NCBI GenBank assembly: GCA_965113315.1
Contig: OZ220373.1
Origin: Podarcis vaucheri
Taxonomy: Eukaryota
Length of the DNA: 64,000 bases
Direction: 5' to 3' (one strand)
In this document: piece after piece, positions 1 through 12,729 of the stretch
Numbering within the stretch: the first letter of the stretch is position 1
How the letters are laid out: each line of letters opens with the position of its first letter
The notes under the pieces: model-generated
Database searches by the model: none
What the model was told of the DNA's origin: nothing
Seen by the model: only the letters and a program-made list of their open reading frames with translations
Translations under genes and position numbers: made by a program

Positions 1-269
1 AGAAGAAGGAACTGAACAGGACAAACCTGGGCTCGAACTCCCAAAGGAAGCCTGGAAACAAGCAACGGGAGAAAGAACTGGTTAGAGATGAGCTGTACCA
101 AAAAAAAACAAGGTGGAAAGGAAAAAGGACGCGAAAAGGGGTGGGTGGGCTTGTTGTTAATGGAACACATTTCAAGTTTTTTTGCAGACACTTCTCTCCG
201 CCACCCCACCCCCCCACAACTTCGCCTTCCCTTTTTGTCTCTCAGCATCCCTTCCTCCCTCTTTCCCCA

Positions 270-1450
270 CCCGCCACGACCAGGGCGCAACTCCGGAGCC
301 TCCATCCCTCGCCCGGCCGCCCATCCCCTTCGCCGTAGCTTCTCCCCCCACACCCGCCCAGCCCTTCGAGCGTCGCCTCTCGCCCTCCAAGCTCGGAGCC
401 CCTTTCGCTTTCCCCATTCCCACCGACCCACTGACGCGACCCGGAGGGCCCCGCGACACCCGCGTCCCCACCTCGGCCGGGCCCGCCCGGGCGCTGACAG
501 GGGCTGTCCGGAAAGCAGCGGCGAAGGCAGCAGCCGGACCGCCCGTCGGAAAAAACACTCACACCCCACAAAACTCGCTCAGCCCCACCAGAGCCCCTCC
601 ATCCCGCGGCCTTGGCCCTCCTCGGGAGCCCCGCGGAGCAAGGGCTTGGCCCGAGCGCCCTCCACCTCCGCGCCCAGCCGCGGGACTGTGGGTGGAGACC
701 GGCCGGGCAGCTCCGCAGACAGCCATCGGCAGACGGACGGCAGCTAGCCGCGGCCTACTCGCGCAGGCTGCGCTCCGCCGGGGCAGGCGGCTCCAGCAGC
801 CGCCCGGCGGCCCCCGAAGCCCCCGAGGCGGGCCGGCGACCCCCGTAAGGGAGTCACGGGGCCGCCCAGGGGGCCGGAGGGAGAGCCCCGCCAGCGGAGC
901 CCCGCCAGGAGCCCGCCGGACCCCAGCGCCCCTACCCGCTTTCCCCGCTCACCTCCGCCATATTGGGAGCGCTCGGGCTGAGCAGCAGCGATGCGCCAAG
1001 TGCCCGGATGGGGCCGCTAAGCCAATGGCAGCCCGGCCGGGACTGGGGCTGGAGCCGGCCGGAGAGGGAGGGAGGCGAGGCTGCCTGCTTAGCCGGGCGG
1101 GCTGGTTGATGTGGGGAAGGTGGCGGCGGAAGCGCAGGTTGTGGAAGCCAGCGCGGTCCTTCCCATCCTGTCAAAACTCTTCCCCCAATCTTCCCTCAGT
1201 GTCCTGGTAGGAGCGTCCAATATGTTCGGGGGTACGAAAGGGGGATATTTCATCTCCCCCCCCACCCCACTTCCCTTCAAGCACAAGCAGCTGACAGCAA
1301 CCCCCGAGCCTATTGCTGAAGTTTGACAGGGAGTTTCTTCCTCCGTCTCTCGCATCCTGGCTAAGGGGGCGAATGGCGGAGAAACGACTTTAAGTGACAG
1401 CGGGACGACGCGGCAGGAGCGGGTTGTGAAGAGAGGAGAGTCCTCTTTAG
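270..1450. promoter_or_regulatory. CpG island / promoter and first exon-intron region of the minus-strand gene (probable MIER3)
   Basis: Very GC- and CpG-rich stretch against an AT-rich background; contains the ATG and splice donor at 951-961. Confidence 0.85.
953..961 (-). CDS. MIER3: First coding exon (M-A-E) of probable MIER3; gene continues beyond window start
   Basis: Minus strand reads cccaat ATG GCG GAG | gtgagc (good Kozak, canonical donor). As I recall, MIER3 begins MAE and is the divergent neighbour of GPBP1 in other amniotes. Only 3 codons are visible, so identity rests on synteny. Confidence 0.75.
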
Positions 1451-1929
1451 AGAGAGGCCCAGCGCAGCATAGATTAGGGAGAAGAGAGGGGATTGCCCTA
1501 TATAAAGGGGGGTGGGATGTTATTCCAGCTCCAACCCCCCCCCCCGCCAAAAAAAAAGTCCAATACTTTCTATATCTTCTGGACGGCAGCATATGGCATA
1601 CAGCAACCTGTAGAATGCCCTTCCTGAAGCCAGCCGCAATTTTTTTTGAAAAACGGTGATTGCAAAAATCGTCAACTTGACGTTACTATGTGGTCCACTT
1701 CCAAAGAGCACTGCATAAGAAAGCAGGTAGTAAGAGCTCTCCCAAATCAGGTCACACAAGGAGGAGTCTAAAATGGCAATCCTATACACATTTGAAGTAG
1801 GACTTATTTTGTAGTAGGCACACATACGATTGCACTATAGTGCAATCTTATACATAGCTTTGTTTTCAATCATCGAAAATGCATTATTTAGCTGGTTCTG
1901 AACAATAACAATTGTGTTAATTCCCTCTA

Positions 1930-2420
1930 TAACACACATACACACACACGGTGCTGATGTGCCACACCAACTCTTTAGAATGCCTTGTGTCCACAAATAA
2001 ATGGGGGTGATCTGAAAGGTGCTATATTTTGGATTTCTAAAAATATATATATATATATATTAACAGTCTCTCTCCACAAAGGGTCCTCCTGAGTAAACAT
2101 CATGGGATAAGAGTATGGGGCCTCATATGGATCTGTTACTGGTTAAATAAAGGGAAACAGAGGATACGAATAAGCATGCAGTTCTCATCGTGGAGGGAAG
2201 CAAGCAATGGATCTGGTACTGGTGATATATCGCTTATTCATAAATCATTTGGAATCACAGATTAGTAGTGAGCTAGCCAGGTTTGAGACAACACCCAATT
2301 ATTCAGCTGGGTGAAAATTCAAGCAGAATGAAAATAACTTCAGCGTGATCTATGCAAACAAGGTGAATGGGCAACAAGACAGCAAATAATGTTCAGTACA
2401 AATACATGTTGTGTCACACC
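1930..2420 (+). mobile_element. Degenerate CR1 LINE, RT region
   Basis: Decayed match to CR1 ORF2 'LFINDLE..ISSE.A.FADDT.LF..VK' (cttattcataaatcatttggaatcacagattagtagtgagctagccaggtttg...). Boundaries approximate. Confidence 0.6.
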
Positions 2421-2595
2421 ACCCCAGTCTCTGAGCAGCGCTAGTTTCCAGGGGTTCCAAGCGCTTACCCAGGGTTACTATTTCCTTTAGAATGAGGGTC
2501 AGCAGAGACTGGTGTCTTCGTGATATATGGTTAGCTACACATATATACAACCTGAGCTGACAATGGAGGGGTTCACATCATAAGCACCCCAAGGG

Positions 2596-2748
2596 CATAG
2601 CTGTCAACCTTCCCTTTTTTACAGGAAATTCCCTTTTTCCAGCGCCGTTTCCTGCTGCTTCCCACTGCTATCCTGGATTGTTAGACTGTCCCCAGGACAG
2701 GTGAGGCTGCTGATCCCTTATTTTCAAATCTGGAAGTTGACAGCTATG
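2596..2748. mobile_element. hAT-type MITE (153 bp)
   Basis: TIRs catagctgtcaac / gttgacagctatg with exact 8-bp TSD cccaaggg (2588-2595, 2749-2756). Confidence 0.85.
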
Positions 2749-3119
2749 CCCAAGGGTCTTGCTTCTCTCATAACTGTAATCTTGGATTCAAACAGAAATC
2801 AAGCATCACTCTGTGTCTTTGGCTTCCCAGGCGGCTGCGTCCAGCTGCTACTTTCTAGATCACATAACTCATACTCCCCATTCTGGCCTTTGTCTTTCTA
2901 ACTACCAGCAAGTTGAGGGAGTGGGGTCCACCTATTTGTTCTCTGGCCCCGAGCCACTTCCTTTGTTACCTTAATGGCCCATTACATCACAAGGAAGCTA
3001 GCCCTGGCTATTGCAGGAATTTGACTCCTTGCTTAGATTCCAACACTTGCTGAAACCTGGAATTTTAAGAGTCTCTGCAAATAGCCCCTCCCTCCAACTC
3101 ATAACAATATTAAGTGATG

Positions 3120-3640
3120 TGCACTTAAACAAGCCCCCCCCATCTACATACTGTATAAATGGGGATCTGAAGTGCTAGTAAATAATGGAAAGAAATCTTT
3201 GGGTAATGGTTGATAGCTTTATGAAAGTATCAGGTATCAACAGCACTTAAAATAGACAAAAGCATGTTAGGGATTGTAAGGAAAGAATAGGAAAAAGGGT
3301 CAGTACTACAATGTCATTTTATAAACTCTAGGCCTGGGTATGGCTGCATTTAGAATTCAAAATAATCCATAAATTGAAAAGGTGCAGAAAAGAGCAACTA
3401 AAACGATGAGGTTGTAACACTTCCCAGTGAGTAAAAGGTAAATGCTTATAGAGTTTTTTAATTTATGGGGGAAAGCTAGTAAGCAAAGGGGACTGAGAGA
3501 GGTTTGTAAAATTTTGCTTGGTGAGGAGCAAGTAAGCAGAGAGAAATTCCTTTCCTTCTCATTTTCTAGTACTTGGGGGGGTCATCCAATGAAATTGATT
3601 GGCATTGATAGACAGAAATAAAGATAAAAAAAATTCAAGG
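3120..3640 (+). mobile_element. Degenerate CR1 LINE, C-terminal ORF2 part (continuation of 1930-2420)
   Basis: 'ttgaaaaggtgcagaaaagagcaactaaa' (LEKVQKRATK) and 'gggtcatccaatgaaattg' (GHPMKL), typical of the CR1 ORF2 end. Confidence 0.65.
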
Positions 3641-4639
3641 GCAGCATCACATGTACTCCAGCCTGAAGGTTACCAGAGCATGGGTCAATGTGGCCAGACT
3701 ACCCCTACCCAGGAAAAGCCAGCCCAAGCTGGTGAAAGGTGCTACTGGTGTGGCTGATAGGAAAGATTCATGCTTTAACAACCATACTGAAAGTGTTGGA
3801 AAGAGAGTCACACACAAGAAACGTAATGGTGCTGCTGCTTCTCTTTAAGCCTGGCGGTCCAAAAGAATGTCCATGTATTGAGGTCATGTTTGGAGACTGT
3901 CCTACGAGTGTCACTGCCCTCAGAAGTCTGGCAAGTGGTGAACAGGAGAGAGAGCCTTCCCTGTGGTCGTTGTGCTCCCCAGAATTCCCTGTAGAACGAA
4001 TTCTGTGGAATTCCCTTGAATACTGTACTCACTACTTGTGTTGAGCTAAAGGTGAACTGTTTCAGAAGCTTTGCTAACAACCATCTTGGTAGTCAAGATA
4101 ACCCCACAATTAACTGTTAGTTTTTGCAGCAATGAGCTCACAGATGTTTATATTCACTTTCTTTGATGTAAGCTAATTGGCTTGCTTTGGTGTTATCCTT
4201 ATCTGAGGTGGGGGTGCTGGGCTCTGAGCCCAGAAATGGGAACTATCTGTAAGATTTGGGTATTTGCCACCTATGCCCTCACCTAGGCAGGGGAAAAGAC
4301 ATACACTGCTTTCTGTATAAAGAATATTTGCATGTTTGCTTGGGTGTGGACAAGCCATCTTCTTGGTGCAGTGTCTGTTGTGCGTCTGCAAAGGCTACTT
4401 TGCTGCAAGTCTGCACCTTCTTAATAAAGCACTAGAATTGGCAATTCTGATGTTTTTGGCATCCTTCTTTGGTATCCCTGTACCCAACCACTCCTACAAG
4501 CACTCCCTTGGGCCTGCGGTTCAGAACACTTCTGGCACTGCTATTTATCTTATTTTATTTTTGGCATCAGGCAAAAATGCTTTTAAAGCTTACATTGCTT
4601 TCCAGCTGCAGTGGTTTTAATAAGCTTTGGAGGGGGCAG

Positions 4640-4785
4640 TTAATATCTGAAGGCAGCCCTGTATAGGGAAGTTTTTAGTGTTTGATGCTTTATTGTGTTT
4701 TTAATATTCTGTTGGGAGCTGCCTGGAGTGGCTGGGGCAACCCAGTCAGATGAGCAGCATATGAATAATAAAATTATTCTTATTC
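4640..4785 (+). mobile_element. LINE (L2-like) 3' end fragment
   Basis: atctgaaggcagccctgtatagg...gagtggctggggcaacccagtcagatg...aataataaaattatt; the same sequence recurs inverted at ~52055-52195. Confidence 0.55.
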
Positions 4786-5213
4786 AACTATATTTGTAAT
4801 TTGCATTCCTTATTCTGTTTTTTTTTATGTAGACTGTTGTGGAAGTGTGGCTGAAATGTGCTGCATAAACTTTGTCAATCAAGAAAATAAGGTGTGGTAC
4901 AACTTGGCATAGGAATTCTCCTGCATCAGATTGGCCACTGGTTGGAAATAGAACGCTGGACCTTGGTCTGAGCCAGCAAGGCAATCCTTATGTCAACATT
5001 CCACCTTGGATCTTGTGCTTAGCTGTACTGTTGCCCCCAGTTGCTGTGCGGACATGCAGCACACCAGGATAGATAGATGACCCAACGGCCAGGCGCTGGT
5101 TATACCAAATTAGTGCATGTAATGTACAAGTAACCAAGCCAGTTTGATATTATAGATGGCAATGGTAAATGGACTGGTTTAAACCTTGCCTCTGATATGT
5201 CATGAATGTACTA

Positions 5214-5577
5214 AAGGTAAAGGTAAAGGTACCCCTGCCCGAACGGGCCAGTCTTGACAGACTCTGGGGTTTGTGCGCCCATCTCACATCTATAGGCCGG
5301 GGGCCAGCGCTGTCCGAAGACACTTCCGGGTCACGTGGCCAGCGTGACAAAGCTGCATCTGGCGAGCCAGCACAGCACACGGAACGCCGTTTACCTTCCC
5401 GCTGGTAAGCGGTACCTATTTATCTACTTGCACCCGAGGGTGCTTTCGAACTGCTAGGTTGGCAGGCGCTGGGACCGATCAGCGGGAGCGCACCCCGCCG
5501 CGGGGATTCGAACCGCTGACCTTTCGATCGGCAAGCCCTAGGCGCTGAGGCTTTTACCCACAGCGCCACCCGCATCC
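5214..5577 (-). mobile_element. Sauria SINE (Squam1), full-length young copy
   Basis: tRNA-like head (gg..gcgggtggcgctgtgg...ggttcgaatccc) and (ACCTTT)n tail on minus strand; 13-bp TSD catgaatgtacta (5201-5213, 5578-5590). Confidence 0.92.
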
Positions 5578-5725
5578 CATGAATGTACTAGCTAACTTTA
5601 AATAGGTCACTGCTTCAGCCGTGTCCCCCTATTTGAATGATTTATATATTTATATAAATATATTTAAGCCACTTTGCTAGAAAAGATTGATAGGAAAGAG
5701 CAAATGCATCCTTGCAAAGGATTTC

Positions 5726-5920
5726 AGACCCTCCAAGTGTCTCGATTTCCCAGGGACAATCCTGGAGTTATAGGAGCCGTCTTGCTTTACCTTTGGATGT
5801 TCCTATTTTCAGCAAAGAAATGTTGGAGGGGATGAAATAAGATGTCCTTCTTTTCAGTAGAGAAATGGAGGGGATGCAACAGGACGTCCCTATTTTCACA
5901 AGGGAAATGTTGGAGGGGAG
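5726..5920. mobile_element. Non-autonomous DNA-transposon-like element with internal 'gtccctattttc...gaaatgttggaggg' repeats
   Basis: Several copies of a ~40-bp unit; homologous, inverted, to 51971-52731. Confidence 0.5.
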
Positions 5921-6293
5921 GGGATTTGCACAAATAAATGCACATGCTAATTTTTATATATAGAGACACATTTTGAAGTAGTTATTGCATCTTAACTAGA
6001 AATACAGTACATGTGGCCAGACGGTAACCTATATTTCTCCACCATCTTCTCTCAAGGTGCCATCACTTGCTGGGCACTTCAAAGACCCTGCTCTTTCTTC
6101 TTATAGTTGTTCATCTTTAAACTGGACTTGCACTAGATAGCCCCTGGAGATTGTCAAACAGACGGTTGTTCTCTGTAAAGTAGGAAACATGACTGTCATG
6201 GCAAGAGCCAATGGATTCGTGGGTAACAGGTGTCTATGCCACAGGCATGCAAAACCAGACTGAGTGCCTGGATGCTTTCCTGAGAAGTTACAC

Positions 6294-6428
6294 CAGGCAT
6301 AGGCAAACTCGGCCCTCCAGATGTTTTGGGACCACAACCCCCATCATCCCTAGCTAACAGGACCAGTGGTCAGGGATGATGGGACTTGTAGTCCCAAAAC
6401 ATCTGGAGGGCCGAGTTTGTCTATGCTG
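6294..6428. mobile_element. Fold-back hAT-type MITE
   Basis: Near-perfect ~60-bp inverted arms (aaactcggccctccagatgttttggga... / ...tcccaaaacatctggagggccgagttt); gttacac present on both flanks. Confidence 0.8.
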
Positions 6429-6626
6429 TTACACCTATTCAGGAATAATGAAACAGGAGAACCTCTTTCAAGCAAATAAAGGGAAACTGAATGTTGAAGT
6501 GGCTGGGAGCCACTGGCAAAAGAAAATAAGAGAAATGGTGGGGGGAATCAGTTTTATGAACCCCATTGGTGCGTTAACACCCTGATGCGTACAAGGCCAA
6601 AGCATGTTTACCAATCTTCATCTGAG

Positions 6627-7077
6627 TGTGAGGAGCTCATCCTACACTAGAGTAGGACCCTGGCAGAGACACATGCCTGACTGGCATGTTCTCTCCCTCC
6701 TGGTCGATCGTTCGAGAGCTTCAAAAGATTTCTTCAGCCCAAACATCACAGTGACCAATGCCAACAGACATCGGCACACTTAGGGATCCGCAGAGTCTTT
6801 GCAGCTTGTGTAACAGACCTCAGCAACTCAGCATTTTGGCTAATCTACTTTATGTACATATAAACACACACGGAGCACTGCAACATGGCTCCCTCTCTCT
6901 CTAGCACCAGACAGCAAAGAGAAAAAGCAAAGGACAATAGTCCCATTTCACGGAACACAGTAACACAAATATCCTGTCTCCATCACTTCCCACCCTGTGG
7001 AGTCAAAACATACACCGTCATGTGAAAGACAACAATTCCATGACTGAGCATCCCATCACGGAGCAGGAATTCTAACA
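6627..7077 (-). mobile_element. Solo LTR (451 bp) of an LTR retrotransposon/ERV
   Basis: TG...CA termini (tgtgag...ctaaca) flanked by an exact 5-bp TSD ctgag (6622-6626, 7078-7082); no internal ORF. Strand is tentative. Confidence 0.7.
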
Positions 7078-8179
7078 CTGAGACCCCAGGGAATTGTGGG
7101 AGCTAGAGTGCAGGGCTATTGCTTTCTGTCCATCCACAGGCCCCAAACCTGGGCCCTCCAGGTATAGCAGTTGTCTAACTACTTCACATTCCATTTGTGT
7201 GTAGAGTCTAAACACTTGTGGTTTATGTGGGTGGAACTGTTTTGAAATTCAAGGATGGGAGTTAACTTTCTGTTTGCTGAGTAAGGAGCAGGTGGCGAGT
7301 GCTTGTGGATCTGCAGAAATGTCATATATTCGTTCTAAAGAGCAACACACTTTTAAAGGTAAAATATGAATCAGTAAAAAAAAAGCAGAGAAACACTGAG
7401 CTGGTGCTACCACTACAGCGTTGTTTAGCAAACTACTACTTCTTGGTTTAGTGGCGTTACAAGGCCGGCTCAGATGAACTGCGGCTGAAAAGGAGGAGAC
7501 TGTGACCACACCAGACCTTTAAACCACATCCCCACCCTGTGAAGAATTGCAGGTACTGGCTGGGACTGATAAGAGTGGTGGTCCAAAAGATTTAGAGGGC
7601 ACCAGTTTGGTGAAGGGTAGTGTGGTTGCTAAGCAAAACTTGCATGCATGTTGACTCCACAATCAACTGCTCTGTGGAACCACCCATTGTCATCTGTCTT
7701 GAAAAATAGGGTAAAACTGGCTGAGCTCTTAAATATTGGCACTTTAAAGGTAAATCCCCAGGCTTCTGCTGGTTAAAAATTGTGCATTTTGAAGCCATCA
7801 ATTATGAAGAGGCAAATCTCTTGTTTCCCTAGGTGATGGATTTTAACCAGGTGTAAATCAATGTGGCAGCTGCTTGGGAGAACGTGTGACCAAAAACGAA
7901 CCTGAGCTAAGTGACTCATTATATGTACAGCATGAGAGCTGGAGGGGAGGGGAACGTCAAACAGATCTGCGCAGGGGAACATGTGTGAATCATGCATCGC
8001 TCAGGAAGAATAGCAATACTCCATCCATCTTCAAATGTGGAGGTGCAAATTGAAAGTTGGAGATGCTGTCAGCCAGCCAAGGAACTGAATGTGTGAAGCT
8101 TGTGTGGACCTTGAACCAATAAAGAGCAACACTCCATTATGTAACAATCCCTTTTACTACAAATCACAAACTTGTAGGT

Positions 8180-9049
8180 ATATGCAGAATACATCATGTG
8201 AAAGGCTGGGCTGGATGAATCCCAAGCCGGAATTAAGATCGCCGGAAGAAATATCAACAACCTCAGATATGCAGATGACACAACCTTGATGGCAGAAAGT
8301 GAGGAGGAATTAAAGAACCTTTAAATGAGGGTGAAAGAGGAGAGCGCAAAATATGGTCTGAAGCTCAACATAAAAAAAAAAAGATCATGACCACTGGGCC
8401 CATCACCTCCTGGCAAATAGAAGGGGAAGAAATGGAGGCAGTGAGAGATTTTACTTTATTGGGCTCCATGATCACTGCAGATGGTGACAGCAGCCACAAA
8501 ATTAAAAGACGTCTGCTCCTTGGGAGAAAGTCGATGGCAAACCTAGACAGCATCTTAAAAAGCAGAGACATCACCTTGCCAACAAAGGTCCGTATAGTTA
8601 AAGCCATGGTTTTCCCGGTAGTGATGTATGGAAGTGAGAGCTGGACCATAAAGAAGGCTGATTGCCGAAGAATTGATGCTCTTGAATTATGGTGCTGGAG
8701 GAGACTCTTGAGAGTCCCATGGACTGCAAGAAGATCAAATGCATTAATTCTTAAGGAAATTATCCCTGAGTGCTCACTGGAAGGACAGATGGTGAAGCTG
8801 AGGCTCCAATACTTTGGCCACCTCATGAGAAGAGAAGACTCCTTGGAAAAGACCCTGATGTTGGGAAAGATAGAGGGCACAAGGAGAAGGGGACGGCAGA
8901 GGATGAGATGGTTGGATAGTGTTCTTGAAGCTAGAAACATGAGTCTGACCAAACTGCGGGAGGCAGTGGAAGACAGGAGTGCCTGGCGTGCTCTGGTCCA
9001 TGGGGTCACGAAGAGTCGGACACAACTAAACGACTAAACAACAACAACA
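8180..9049 (+). mobile_element. BovB (RTE clade) LINE, 5'-truncated
   Basis: RT motif NLRYADDTTL (aacctcagatatgcagatgacacaacc), ORF 8387-9037 'KAMVFPVVMYGSESWTIKKA...DSLEKTLMLGKIEG', and (CAA)n tail; frameshifts upstream of the ORF. Confidence 0.95.
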
Positions 9050-10859
9050 GGTACAAAAATCACAGACTTGGCTGGAACGCAAATACATCACCCAAATCAA
9101 CCTACCAGCCCTATAACAATACCAAACTGAGGGTTCTTCCAGGTGAACCTGATTGTGGAACATCCATTCTGATTTGTTTCCCCGGGAGACTGGATGACAT
9201 TGGCTATTTACTGAACATTCATCTTGAATCAGTTTGCAGAGAGGTCCGATGACATTGCGTTAAAGCAAGTATTATCCTGCATTTCCAGCACATTTTCTCA
9301 GAAAATCAGATCTTTGGGGGAAGTAGGTTTGTTATGTGAGATTTCCAATCAACTATAATCACCAACCTGAATTTGCCAATATGTGATTGAATCCCACCCC
9401 AAAATAGTGACAGTCTGGAAGCATCCTAACTCCATAGAGATGCAGTTTTGGGAAATAACCAAACACCTAATTATGGTGTCCCACTTGTGCAACCGATGTC
9501 TGCTTGTGCAAACCTGCATGTCCAAAAATCTGCTCCGGAAGGTCAGGGGTCTATGAAGTGGACTGGGGCAAAAGCTGCAGATGAAAGTTGAAGAAGGGGA
9601 AATCCCATCATGTCCAGTGTTCTGATGTTTGAATCTTTGGCCATAAATCTTAACTCTTCTTGATTAATTTTCAAGCATTAAAGGTAAGTGTGAATAATTG
9701 AATATTATGAACAATGAACTATGAGTTATCAATTAAATTAAACTGAAGTGGCAAAGCATATCGTTGCAGTTCATAGTTTGGCAGTTGATAGACTGTGTAT
9801 GTACTTAAATATGGCTTTAGCTAACCATATAATTCTCAATTTCAGTTTCCAGTTCCAAGTACTGTAGTCAGTCATCTTTCAGATAGCAGCTGGCTTTCTT
9901 CCAAACACTGGATCAGCGATACATTAACATTTTTACCCTAGATAATACAAAAGATATATATCCCTTCCCCCAGCAAACTGGGATGTCAGGAATAAGAGTT
10001 CTGCTTTGCCATCAGCCTGATCTTGTATTTTGTACATGTTTCATCACCACCCATTGATAAATATGATATGCACCCCTATATGCAGCTAGAAATAGGGGTG
10101 TTCAGAAAAAGCTTTATCACTTGATTCTGCTGGCTGTATAAACTGGCCCTTAATTGTACAGAGTGAAACTCTAATTTGCATTCATTTATGTTAGACCATG
10201 GAGAATCCATTCAGCTTGTAAGAAAAACAAAATAAAGGCCTATTGATGTGAGCCATATAAAGTCTTGAACTGGAGAACCTACCAAATTAGTGGTGATTGA
10301 TAGATGCTTTTGTATGTCTAAAACTGAGGTGAGCCCCTGTGCTAGTTGGCTTTCTCCCAGGGAATTCAAATTTCCGCCTGCAAACAGTGACACAATGCTT
10401 TATTGAATTATTGGATTTACAGTCAGTCACACTTCTAAGTAGACATGCATATGATTGCACTGTTAATAACTTTAAAAATCAGTGATATAGGCTGGACTCT
10501 ATCTTATTTGCATGAGTCCTCCAAACACTTCTGTACATGCATCATATCTTCAGTAATGTTCTCTTTTTATTGCATTATTTATTGCTATTTTTGATGCTCT
10601 GTTTTTTAGGGTGACACAGGAGGGTGTTATAAGAAAGAAGGTTTTGGGGTGCTCTTGCTTCATAATCATGCTCAGGCGTCTTATAGACCACATGAGCATG
10701 AAAAGGGGGAAAATTGAAATATAGTTATGTATTATGCTTAAGCTTCTTTTGGGTTTCTTTAGGGTTTCCAGTATACGAACCTCTTTTTAAAAAATTCCAA
10801 CAACAGAGGAGGGTGTTATAAAAAAGAAAACTTTGGAAGCCTTGGGGCTTATACAAATC

Positions 10860-11290
10860 TCTCATATGGCTTTTGGAGTTTGGCCACACATGTAATTGCT
10901 TGCAGGAACAAAATGATATTACATGCCTTTGGGCTCCACGGGATGAATATTAAGTTGTGATCCATGATTATAAAAATGACTGGAAGAGCCACAACCTCAT
11001 CTATGCTTTTGATTTCATTTGGCATGACTGAATGGGCCATATTTGGCCATATCTTGACTCATACTGTTGAGATGCTGCTTTCCTAGCTGACAAAGAATGT
11101 TGTTGACTTTATAGTATTTGACAGTGATTGAGTTCTTCTGAGACAGGTCTGTTGGTTCTGTTTTTAGGAAACCGGGTGGAAAATAAGATGTCAAGAACGC
11201 ATCTGTGTTGTTTGCACGGTGCTCATGATGAAGGAATTCTAGTTTGCCAAGAATGCAAAGAGTGATAGAAAGGTCACACATCCCTTGACA
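10860..11290 (+). mobile_element. Possible very old LINE RT remnant
   Basis: One frame gives 'NLIYAFDFIWHD', resembling the RT 'DL..AFD.VWH' motif; many stops, little further support. Confidence 0.25.
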
Positions 11291-11881
11291 AAGCCAATGG
11301 AAACTGAAAATAAAGAAAAAAAAGCAATCATTCTACATGTGTGTAGTGGTATGGAGTACTTTCACCTTTTTTTGCTGCCCAGGCTAATCACTTTGTGCTG
11401 GCACCCACAGCACTTTTATAAAGATAGGAATACTGGCACCTTTTTTAAAAACAAAAAGAAAGTGTTCTTTCTCACTGTGTGTGTGTATCCACCACCTAAT
11501 CGAATTAAAGACTACTGTAATTCTGAATGAAATCTGACTGATGTCCTAGGACTTTCACCCCACTATTGCACATGTAAGTAACCTGGATTGTACACTGAGT
11601 GTTGTGCACCACTGTTGCTATAGTGACATTCCGTGCAAGGCTGTCTTTCTGCTTCAAATTGCTTACTCCGTGCTTTGTAGGAAAATGAGATAATGGGACT
11701 TTAACAACAACAACAATGTAGATAGACAATTTGAGATTCGGGATAGAACTGTTTTATGGAGGGGCCCCTGTGTTACTGTGATAAACCAGCCATGTTGCAT
11801 TTGAGCTCTTACTGCTCATGATGCTAAGTGGGGAGCTGGATTTTTGCCTCCAGAGTCCTGCCTGGGTCCTTTCCCCTAATG

Positions 11882-12067
11882 CAGTGGTTCCCAATTGGTG
11901 GTCCGTGGACCCAGGGGGATCCGCACAACCCACCTAGGGTGTCCATGGCACCGTTCACATAACCACAACTACCATGGAGGTATTACAATGTTCAAAAGTA
12001 GAGGGGTCCATTGCTTGGCTTTTGAAAAACAGGGGGTCTGCAGTATTTACCTAATTGGGAACCACTG
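11882..12067. mobile_element. hAT (Charlie-like) MITE, 186 bp
   Basis: TIRs cagtggttcccaatt / aattgggaaccactg; exact 8-bp TSD ccctaatg. Confidence 0.88.
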
Positions 12068-12729
12068 CCCTAATGTCTTGAGGTAAAGGGAAACTCAGTG
12101 AAGCAAACCAATAGTGAAGCAAATGTACTCTTCACCTGCTCAACAGTAACTACATATTTCTTTTTGCAATTTTTTTTTGAGATCCCCCCCCCTGTGCATG
12201 GGAAACACTGAGATTGAATTGAAAGTGCTCATGCATGGATAAATGTGCACAAAAGTGAATCCGTGTGACCCACGTGCGCTTTGGTGCACCTATGGGTGGG
12301 TAACCCTGACTTGCTGTCTTTGTAGAATAGGATTTGCTGTTCTGCGGTTTGTTTTTGTTTTTAAAACGATGGCCAATCTGTTTCAGTGTTCTGTAATAAA
12401 GCTGCCTTATTACTATTTAATCAATGGCAGGGTATGGTGTTTTAAAAACAAACAAATGTTTTCGGCATAGCATGACGCAGAATAATGAGTCACAACGCTC
12501 CTTCTGTCAGAGCCAGACAATGAACGCTGTGGGAAGGGAGGCTGGCGAAGCACGCCATCAGTCTATTTTTTTTTAAAAAATAAAAATAATATTTCAAGGC
12601 GGCTTACAAAAACATATCCACCGAAGTGCAAAATGCAGCATAATAAACTGGGAGCCAGCAGATTAAACATATTTTTTTTAAAAAAAACAAAAACACCAGT
12701 TATGGCAAAAAATAAATAAATCCCCAAAT

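Noticed and set aside
88-1592. Long overlapping ORFs (up to 342 aa) in the first CpG island
   Set aside because: Pro/Arg/Gly/Ala-rich and open in several frames on both strands, as expected from stop-codon scarcity in GC-rich DNA; no recognisable domain.
8365-9037. 216-aa and antisense 214-aa ORFs as host genes
   Set aside because: These are the C-terminal part of the BovB ORF and its antisense shadow; the copy is truncated and frameshifted upstream.
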